Source: Bacteroidia bacterium
GTDB taxonomy: Bacteria > Bacteroidota > Bacteroidia > NS11-12g > UBA955
Length of the DNA stretch: 64,000 nt
Assembly (NCBI GenBank): GCA_023653095.1
Contig: JAMNXP010000002.1
Span: 80,910 to 144,909, forward strand
Direction: 5' to 3'
Position numbers and translations under genes: made by a program. The notes beneath the pieces are model-generated. The model searched no databases, was not told the origin of the DNA, and saw only the letters and a list, made by a program, of their open reading frames with translations. Below are positions 8,477 to 18,700 of this stretch, piece by piece. The number at the start of each line of letters is the position of its first letter. The stretch's first letter is position 1.

Positions 8477-9330
8477 GCGTGAACACCCAACTTTTTCAAA
8501 TGGTAATCTACCAAATTAACTACGGGTTCGCTAGTAATCACACCAATGTTTAAGCGGTGAATTTTGCAAGCTTCGCGGAGTAAATCTTGAAAATGGAAGG
8601 CTACTGATCCTACAAAATGCACGGGAACGTCTTTGTGGTTCTCGTATTTCCAAATGTGAATGTTGATGAATTTGCTGAAGCCGTTGTAAATGAAATCACG
8701 CACCCATTTACTGTCGCGATTATCGCTTAAAAAGCGCATAAAAGACGCCAAATAAACATTGGGATTGGGTTTGTTGTAGACTGCTTCGAAAATGGATTCC
8801 TTACTTAATTGGTAACGATCAATAAGTCCTTGGTGGATTTTTTCAGGAAGTTCATGATACAGGAACATTCTGAGAAGTTCTTTACCGTAGAAAGTTCCTC
8901 CGGCTTCGTCACCTAAGACATAACCTAATGCAGGTACTTCTTCGTAGATGTCTTGTCCATCGAAATAGCAAGAGTTGGAACCCGTACCCATGATGCAGGC
9001 AATACCGGGTTCATCTCCACAAGTGGCGAAAACGGCTCCGGTGAGGTCATGGTCAACGGTAATTTCAGCTTGAGTGAATACGCGTTTTAGGGCTTCTTCT
9101 ACAACTGCATTTCTGGAGGGGTGGCTAGCGCCGGCACCATAAAAATACACGTGCTGCACTTGTGGTGCTAAAGCAGAGAGTTCGGTATTTTTTCTTATCT
9201 CACTTTCAATAAGGTCAGTGGGGTGAAAAAATGGGTTAAAACCCATGGTATGGTAGGTTGATCTTTTCTCCGAACCATCGGTGAAAACCCAATCACATTT
9301 GGTGCTTCCGCTATCTGCTACGAGTAACAT
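8473..9330 (-). CDS. BadF/BadG/BcrA/BcrD-type ATPase (N-acetylglucosamine kinase-like sugar kinase)
   Basis: N-terminal MLLVADSGSTKCDWVF actin-like ATPase motif. There is a 4-nt overlap with pgmB, indicating an operon. 285 aa. Confidence 0.75.
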   Translation of the reverse strand: MLLVADSGSTKCDWVFTDGSEKRSTYHTMGFNPFFHPTDLIESEIRKNTELSALAPQVQHVYFYGAGASHPSRNAVVEEALKRVFTQAEITVDHDLTGAVFATCGDEPGIACIMGTGSNSCYFDGQDIYEEVPALGYVLGDEAGGTFYGKELLRMFLYHELPEKIHQGLIDRYQLSKESIFEAVYNKPNPNVYLASFMRFLSDNRDSKWVRDFIYNGFSKFINIHIWKYENHKDVPVHFVGSVAFHFQDLLREACKIHRLNIGVITSEPVVNLVDYHLKKLGVHA

Positions 9331-9486
9331 AATTATTGTGTTAAATACAATTATAGGTAAATTTTGTCACGCAATTTAGTAATTTATTGATTAGTGTCAA
9401 AAAAACACTTATTAAAATAAGGTATGTATTTTTCGAATCCGTTAAACACATTTGTGAATGGAAAGATTCATCCGTAAAAAAATAAA

Positions 9487-9494
9487 TATCTTTG
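9487..9494 (+). promoter_or_regulatory. Candidate -7 box TAtcTTTG upstream of the NUDIX gene
   Basis: TAnnTTTG match 10 nt upstream of ATG 9505, in the divergent intergenic region 9331-9504. Confidence 0.25.
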
Positions 9495-9504
9495 CTCTGA
9501 ATTT

Positions 9505-10275
9505 ATGAGCTTGAACCCGTCAATCAACCCCCACGTTTCTACTGACTGTGTCATCTTTGGTTTTAGTCAAGAGACGCTCAGGTTGTTGTTAATACGAAGA
9601 AGCATTCCCAATAGGCTTACAGACGTCAACGACATACATTATGCCTTGCCGGGAGATTTGGTTCGTGACGATGAAGATTTAGACAAGGCTGCAAATAGAG
9701 TCTTATCGGAGCTTACAGGACTAAAAGGTATCTATCTAGAGCAATTTCATTCATTTGGTGATCCGTTGCGTGTAACAAAACCAAAAGATAGAGCTTGGTT
9801 GGAAAGTGTAAGACAGGATCCGGATGCTCGAGTTATCACCGTTGCCTATATGGCCTTAATTGATGCTAATAAGGCAGTATTACAGCCCGGTTCATTTTCA
9901 AAAGAGGCCGTTTGGCTGCCCATTTCGGAAGTGCCAGAATTGGCTTTTGACCACAATGAAATTTTCGAGAATGCCCTAAAAGCATTAAAGGAAAAGGTTC
10001 AAATTCAACCCATTGGATTTGAATTGTTGCCAGAAAAGTTTACCATGAGTCAATTGCAATCTCTGTATGAAACTATTTTGGAGAGAGATCTTGATAAGCG
10101 CAATTTTAGACGAAAAATGTTGAACAGTGGTGTGTTGATACCACTTTCAGAGAAACAATTGGGAGTGAGTAATAAGCCAGCCCGTTTCTATTCATTCAAC
10201 CGCGATTTATTTGAAAATTCGGATAGTAGATATTTAAATCTTCGAATGGATGGTAGTTTTTCACTCTTCGGTTGA
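9505..10275 (+). CDS. NUDIX-domain protein, possibly NrtR-like (Nudix + C-terminal winged-helix)
   Basis: N-terminal Nudix-like region (VSTDCVIFGF..LLLIRR..ALPGDLV..E.L.ANRVLSELTG). The C-terminal ~100 aa are consistent with a wHTH. 256 aa. Confidence 0.55.
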   Translation: MSLNPSINPHVSTDCVIFGFSQETLRLLLIRRSIPNRLTDVNDIHYALPGDLVRDDEDLDKAANRVLSELTGLKGIYLEQFHSFGDPLRVTKPKDRAWLESVRQDPDARVITVAYMALIDANKAVLQPGSFSKEAVWLPISEVPELAFDHNEIFENALKALKEKVQIQPIGFELLPEKFTMSQLQSLYETILERDLDKRNFRRKMLNSGVLIPLSEKQLGVSNKPARFYSFNRDLFENSDSRYLNLRMDGSFSLFG

Positions 10276-10281
10276 TTTTTG

Positions 10282-10289
10282 TACCTTTG
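10282..10289 (+). promoter_or_regulatory. Candidate -7 box TAccTTTG upstream of the ABC-F gene
   Basis: TAnnTTTG match 20 nt upstream of ATG 10310. Confidence 0.25.
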
Positions 10290-10303
10290 CAACTCATTTT
10301 TGA

Positions 10304-11926
<1,623 letters not shown>

Positions 11927-11939
11927 AATTGAAAATAAA

Positions 11940-12692
11940 ATGAAACCTAATTATACATTTTTTGCTTTGTCAGCGGTGTTGGCATTAGCAAGTTGCGGAG
12001 GTGATATTGACGCAAGCAAAAACCCTTCTACGTCATTAGATTCTTTCAGTTACTCAGTGGGAGTTGATTTGGCGAAGAATTTTAAAAATCAAGCCATCAC
12101 TGAAATCGATTTTGGATCTTTGGTTAGAGGTATTCAAGACGGACTAGCAAAAGATAGCGGATTTGTTATTTCTGAAGAAAAACTTCAAGATGTACAACGC
12201 AGTTATGTGACTTCCATTCAAGCAAAAAGAATGAAAGAGATTCAACAGGAGACCAAAGATATTTTGACGGCTTTTGGAAAAGAACCTGGAGTATCTCAAT
12301 TGCCAAGCAAAGGATATTACAAGCAAATAAAAGCTGGAAATGGCCCATCACCACAATCATACGATACCATTGAGTGCAGATTTATTGCTAGAGACGGAAA
12401 AGGTAAAGTTTTATTTGAAAACACCAAAGAACCAGTTCCTTTCCGTGGTGTAGTGACTTCGTTGAATTTGCTTCCTTTGGAAGAAGCTTTGATGAAGACT
12501 GCAGCCGGTGGTAAATTTCAAGTAAAATTGTCGAATGAATTGAATCCAGTGATGGCTCGTTCTTCTCGCTCATTTGATGCCATGTATGGCATCACCGATT
12601 TTGAGTTGGAGTTGTTGAGTGTGAAAGCTGGTTTGCCACCTGCTCCAGGAGCAACAGCTCAAGGCCCTGCTCAAGCAAACGGCCCGCAATAA
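11940..12692 (+). CDS. FKBP-type peptidyl-prolyl cis-trans isomerase lipoprotein (Mip/FklB-like)
   Basis: The start is taken at internal ATG 11940 (MKPNYTFFALSAVLALASCGG lipoprotein signal). The ORF-track start at 11877 overlaps the ABC-F gene. FKBP-like C-terminal domain. Confidence 0.6.
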   Translation: MKPNYTFFALSAVLALASCGGDIDASKNPSTSLDSFSYSVGVDLAKNFKNQAITEIDFGSLVRGIQDGLAKDSGFVISEEKLQDVQRSYVTSIQAKRMKEIQQETKDILTAFGKEPGVSQLPSKGYYKQIKAGNGPSPQSYDTIECRFIARDGKGKVLFENTKEPVPFRGVVTSLNLLPLEEALMKTAAGGKFQVKLSNELNPVMARSSRSFDAMYGITDFELELLSVKAGLPPAPGATAQGPAQANGPQ

Positions 12693-12695
12693 TTT

Positions 12696-12745
12696 GCCAT
12701 TGAATTCAATGCGTTGAAATGCATTGAAAATGGCACGATTTTTTC
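12696..12745 (+). terminator. Candidate intrinsic terminator (long imperfect hairpin + T6) after the FKBP gene
   Basis: GCCATTgaaTTCAATG / CATTGAAAATGGC arms (13 bp with a 3-nt bulge) plus an inner CAATGC/GCATTG hairpin, followed by acgATTTTTTc. Confidence 0.45.
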
Positions 12746-12759
12746 TTGTTAATTAACAC

Positions 12760-12767
12760 TAACTTTG
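12760..12767 (+). promoter_or_regulatory. Candidate -7 box TAacTTTG upstream of the giant PKD-repeat gene
   Basis: TAnnTTTG match that overlaps the ORF-track TTG start at 12765. This argues the real start is ATG 12771 or 12777 (MKKLQK.. signal peptide). Confidence 0.25.
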
Positions 12768-12776
12768 TTAATGTCA

Positions 12777-15700
12777 ATGAAAAAATTGCAAAAAATAGCC
12801 TCTTCAATTGCAGTTTTTTGCACTTTTTGCCAATTATTTTTAACTATAAATACTTCGAAAGCCCAGTGTAATGCTGGGTTTTCTTATGATACGCTCCTTT
12901 GCACGGGAAAAAATATCTCATTTTCAGCCAATTCCTCGGCTAGCGGACTTAAATATCAATGGGAGTTTGGCGACCCAGCATCAGGCGCACTGAATACCGA
13001 TACTCTAAAAAATACGAAGCATTCTTTCAGTAAACGAGGAACCTATCTGGTTACTCTCATTGTGACCAATTCTTCGGGTTGTCGCGATTCTGTTTCAAAA
13101 ACAATCACGGTTTATAAAAATCCAGTTGCTCAGTTCAGTTATTCGAATGCATGTGCTGGATTAAAAACATCCTTCGAAAATAAAAGTACGGGCGATTCCA
13201 TTGATAAAATCAAGTCGTATTTCTGGAATTTTGAGTCAGGCAGTACGAGCGGTGATTCTTCGCCGAGCTATAGTTTCAGTTCTACAGGGTCTAAAACGGT
13301 AAAATTGAGGATTGAATCTAAGTCGGGCTGCAAAGATTCTTTATCGGTGGTTATTCAAGTTTTTGATAAGCCATCTGCTACGCTTGCGGGTAAGAAAGTA
13401 TGTCAAAACAGTACGTTTGCCTTTTCTGCCGATGCTAAAACGGGAGTAAGTGCCTATACTTGGAATTTTGGTGATAGTTCCAATTATACCCAGCAAAATG
13501 TAAATCACGTATATCAGAAATTGGGTTGGATGAAACCGTCGCTTACGGTAACATACTCTTCCACGAAATGTATAATTCTCCTCGATTCAATTAAGGTCAA
13601 TCCGTTGCCCAATGCCAATTTTGACATCGTAAATGATACCCAATGCTTCAATGGCAATGAAGTTTGTGTGAAACTCAAACACGACCTGAGCATCACAAAA
13701 CGTAACATCATTTTCGACGATGGTTTTAACGATGATTTTTCGTCCATCAAAGATTCAATCATTTGCCATAAATACATTGATAAGGATGGTGGGACGTATA
13801 GCATAACTGTGGAACTGACCGATTCTAATTCGTGTTCTAGGACGGTGAAAAAAGATTCAGTGGTGGTCATCTATCCGCAATTAAAAGCTTCTTTTTCTCA
13901 TCCATCTTCTGTTGGATGTTTTGGATTGGGAGTGAAATTCCTAAATACGTCCAACAGAGATTCCGCTGCAGTAAAAACCACCACTTGGATTTGGGGAGAT
14001 TCTTCGAGCAGCAACAAACCCCATTATAAACCGAGCCACGGATTTAAAAAAGACGGAATTTTCTATGTGAAGTTGGCCTTGACGGATACCTTTGGGTGTA
14101 CCGATACGTTTACTTCGCCCAATAAAATTCAAAATACTTCATACGTTGTTGATGCTAAATTGGATTCTATTTCAAGTCAATGTGCTCGAAATAATGCTAC
14201 TTTTTTTTATCAGACGCCCATTTCAGGGGCATCTATAGTTTGGCAAATTCCTTATCAATCTAACAGCTTCCAATTTTCTTACAATTACCGCACACCGGGT
14301 ATTTACAAGCCGCGGGTGACCATCAGTAAAAATGGGTGTGATAGCACGTTGATGCTTGATTCTATATTGATTAGAGGACCTGTGGCACGCATGAATGTGG
14401 TGAATCAATTTCAGTGTCAGGTAAAAGATACTGTCTACTTTACCAATGCATCGAGTGCTTTTTACAACGGATATTTACAGTCTTATTGGGATGCCGGCGA
14501 TCAATGGGCACCCAATTGTGTGATCAATCGAAAGGCCGGTCAAAACGTAGGAAAAAACTGTAATTTTTCAAGAGATTCTCTCTCCTTTAAGCACAGGTAT
14601 AAAGACGGAAAAGAAGGTTGCTATAACGCACGGTTGATAGTTAAAGATACCGTACATGGTTGCTCCGATACCGCTTATGAACCATTGCCGTTAATGGCTC
14701 CCAAAGCCGCGGGTACCTTTACACCTAGCGATACCAATGCTTGTCCAGGTCCTGAGTTTTATAAAACGATTACCTTCGATTTGAATAAATCGGAACCTGT
14801 ATGCAAGAAGCTCAATTGGTGGGTGATGTGGGATTCACTGCAGGCCAGGAATACTTCTAATTTTGACAGCAATTGGATACAAAATAGCATCAGTTACAAC
14901 TATAAGGTGGGTGTGCCTGTAGGAGACTCAAACGGTTATGTGAGTATTGGTTTGGTCATTGAGAATGGTTCTGATACCGCGGGTAATGTTTGTAGAGATA
15001 CAGCCTGGTATCACAAGGCCATAAAAGTGACCAAGTTGGATGCGAAATTCAATACTCAATTTGAAGATTCATTGCATTTCTGTCCTGGTGATTCCATCTG
15101 GTTCAGGGTGAAAGACACGGCACAATCAGCAGGTATAAAGTTTACTTGGGATTTTGGGGATTCTAGAACGCTTACCACTACCAAAGTGGATACAGTGAGA
15201 CATGCCTACCAGAAGTCAGGTTCGTATTGGGTTCGATTAACGGCGGTTCACCCTAATGGTTGCACCATCTACGAGGAACGGTATATTTCTATTGGGTTTA
15301 AACCCGAACTCTTTGTTCATAAGACCTTGATCTGCGCCAAAGTAGATAGTTTTAGGTTGACAGAGAACACCAAATACTACCATTTGGAACAAAATTCTGC
15401 AGGCATTTTCAGCAATCCACAGCGTTATCAAGCAGGAAAAGAACAGATCAAGTACGATCTAGGCGATGGTTCTGGCTATCAATATTTGGGTAAGAATCCG
15501 GTATTTTCATATAACAAACCCGGCGTATATACCATTTCTATGGCAGTAAAAGACAGTATGGGTTGCAGGGATACGCTGAAAAATCACCTAATTCTTAATG
15601 TTTCAGGTATTTATGCGGGCTTCAATTTGCCGTCTGATACGGTTTTATGTCCTCAAACCCTAAAAATAAACTCTACAGCCAAAGTGGCTGATACTTCGGG

Positions 15701-18700
15701 GGCTTCACTTTCGGGGGATGTTATCACGGGCTGGGAATACACGTTTGGAGGCACTTATCCCAAGAGTTTGTTCGAAAATCCGAACAGGTATTTTGCCACC
15801 GGCGATTATCCCATCGTTCAAATAGTGAGGAACAACAGAGGTTGTACAGATACCGCTAGAAAACTCATGGTGGTTGTGGGGCCGGAGCCCAAGTTTAATT
15901 TTCTTTCGGATTCAGTAGGTTGCGAACCATTGAAGGTCAAATTTGACAACCTTAGTCGAAATGCAGATGAGTATATTTGGCGTTTTAATGACAAGAATAA
16001 CAATGTATTAACCACACAGAGCGACAGTAATGTAACGCTCAGTTTTCAAGGCTATGGGTTTTATTATCCGCAGTTGGTAGCAAGAGGAACGTTCAAAATC
16101 AACGGAAACACCAAAGTTTGTGAAGCCATTTATCCAGATACTTCAAAGTTGTTGAGACGTACCGTTGAAGTATGGGAAAAACCAAGAGCCAATATGTTTT
16201 GGGTCACCAATTGCAAGAATTACACCACTCAATTTTATGATATTACTTCGTTGAATACGGGTTATGTGGCTGAGAGTATGTGGTTGTTTGGTGATACCTC
16301 TCTGGGAAGCGATAAGCTACATCCCTTTAAATCTTGGGGCGATACGGGTACGTATGCTGTGAGACATATTGTTATTTCAAACAAGGGCTGTGTAGACACG
16401 GTTGACCGAACAGTGAAGGTGTCTCCACCGCCCGTGGCTTATTTTAGTTTTACGTCTAGTTGCATTGGAGAATCTACTCAGTTTTACGATTCTACCGAAG
16501 CGTTTAATGATTATATAGATTACAGAAATTGGACTTTTGGAGATGGAAGTAGGAGCGGAGCATTGAATCCATTGAAAACTTATGCGAATGATCAAAATTA
16601 TACGGTGAATTTAGTGGTTCGAAATTCGGCGGGGTGTTTTGATACGGCCACGCGAGATGTGTTGATTTATTCCAGACCAGTTCCAAATTTTAGCGCTAGT
16701 AGTGTGTGTTTTGGGGACTCCACAAGATTTTTAAATAGCAGTACATCCAAACAGACCATAGACAGTATTTTATGGAGTTATGATGACTCTTCTTATTTCG
16801 GGGGATGGCAGCAAAAACACAAGTATAAATACCCAGACAACTTCAGAGTCAAGCTCAAGTTAAGGACCATTCATGGTTGTAAAGACAGTGTATCACGATG
16901 GGCTTTTGTTTACCATATACCTCAGGCAAAAATTCAATTCACGGCAGATTCTGTTCAGTGTTTTACTCAGCATGTTTTGAAAGCTGTTGATATATCTAGT
17001 GTAAAAGTAGGTTCCACAACCTCGAGATGGCAATTGGGTAATGTAAATCCTTTTGTCAACTATACTACAACAAACATTTCGCACCGGTTTAATGACACCG
17101 GAACTTATGCAATGCGCTTAATTTCGGTTTCGAATTATGGGTGTAGAGATACGGTATTTAGTAAATTTAAGATTTTACCGTCGGTGGTGCCCAATTTTAG
17201 TATTAACCAAGATTGGCAATGTTTTAGAGGTAATGAGTTTACATTCAGTGATTTATCGTCCCTCAAAAAAGGAAGTTTCACCGCGCAATGGACCTACAGC
17301 GATGGCACTCGAAGCAATGTAATTAATTCAAGTGGAAGTGTTAAGTATTCCTTTAAAGATACAGGTTATCAGTGGGCTATGCTGCGAACTCTAACTGATC
17401 AAGGATGCTCTGATACGCTGTTTAAATCGGTGCGATTGCTTCCCATGCCTAAAGCGAATTTTAATATTAATGATTCAATTCAATGTATTAAAAATCAATA
17501 CTTTGAATTTGCAAATACATCGTCGATTTTCTGGGGCAATCTGTCGTATTTTTGGAGCCTAGGTAACAGTGTTCAATCTACTTTGACTTCGCCAACGGCC
17601 AATTATCCCGATACGGGATACTGGAATATTCGGTTGATTGCTACTTCCGCGTTTCAATGTAAAGATACCGTTCACAAGCGCGTGAACGTGGTGGATATGC
17701 CCGTTCCGAAGTTCAGCATCAACGACAGTAGCCAATGTTGGAAACAGAATCAGTTTAAATTCACCAATAACAGCACCGATTCTAGAGGCGGAATCAAAGC
17801 GTATTGGAGTTTTGGCGATGGAACTGGAGATTCAGGTTCTTCCGTGAATCATGTCTATGCTAATTATGGAAATCGCTCGGTTCGACTGATTGCCCAAACC
17901 ATACACGGCTGTCGAGATTCATTGCGAAAAAATGTGTTTGTTAGGGCCATGCCATTGCCTGCATTTAGCATCAATGACAGTGATCAATGCATTAATAACC
18001 AGCAATTTATATTTACGAATCAGTCTACTATTCCTGTTGGTTTAAGTTCGGTGAGTTGGAAATTCAAAGGCGATTCCCTTTTGAAAGGAAATTCAATAGG
18101 GGTTCATTTTTCTAGAGATACAACATTTACTATGAGGCTGATTTCTGAAAGTGATTATGGGTGTATAGATTCAATTGATCGCAAGATTGTGGTTTTTCCA
18201 AAGCCTACGCCACTTTTCGAAATTGTCAATGATTCGCAGTGCTTAAGCGGTAATCTTTTTGAATTTAAGTCCCTCAGCAAAATAAAATACGGCTCCATGA
18301 CCTATGATTGGCAATTTGGGGATGGGAATGGCACTTTTAGTTCTGTTTCTCCCGCTCATAGTTATGTTGACGATGCACATTACCGAGTGAGTATGCTGGC
18401 CACAAGCAATAACGGCTGCACGGATACGGTTTCGAAGGGCCTTGATGTTTGGCCCATGCCAGTGGCTGATTTTACTTTCAATGATTCAGCACAGTGTTTG
18501 GAGCAGAATTATTACAAATTCACAAATACTTCAAAGGTTAAGTTTGGAACCATGACTTATTGGTGGAATTTGGGCGAGGGCAGCATTGGCGATACTTTTA
18601 ACCTGACCTCCCCTGGTTATTTTTATTCTTATTCCGGATTTAAACGCGCTTTTTTAAGAGCCAAGTCCAATCACGGGTGCATTGATACGGTCTCACGCGT

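Noticed and set aside
9331-9504. Possible NrtR operator or riboswitch in the divergent intergenic region upstream of the NUDIX gene
   Set aside because: Only short AGTG/CACT inverted repeats around an A7 tract. Nothing resembles a structured riboswitch and no convincing palindrome is present.
12765-12776. TTG start codon for the giant PKD protein
   Set aside because: The TTG is embedded in a TAacTTTG -7 promoter box. ATG codons at 12771 and 12777 follow, and MKKLQK... gives a canonical signal peptide.
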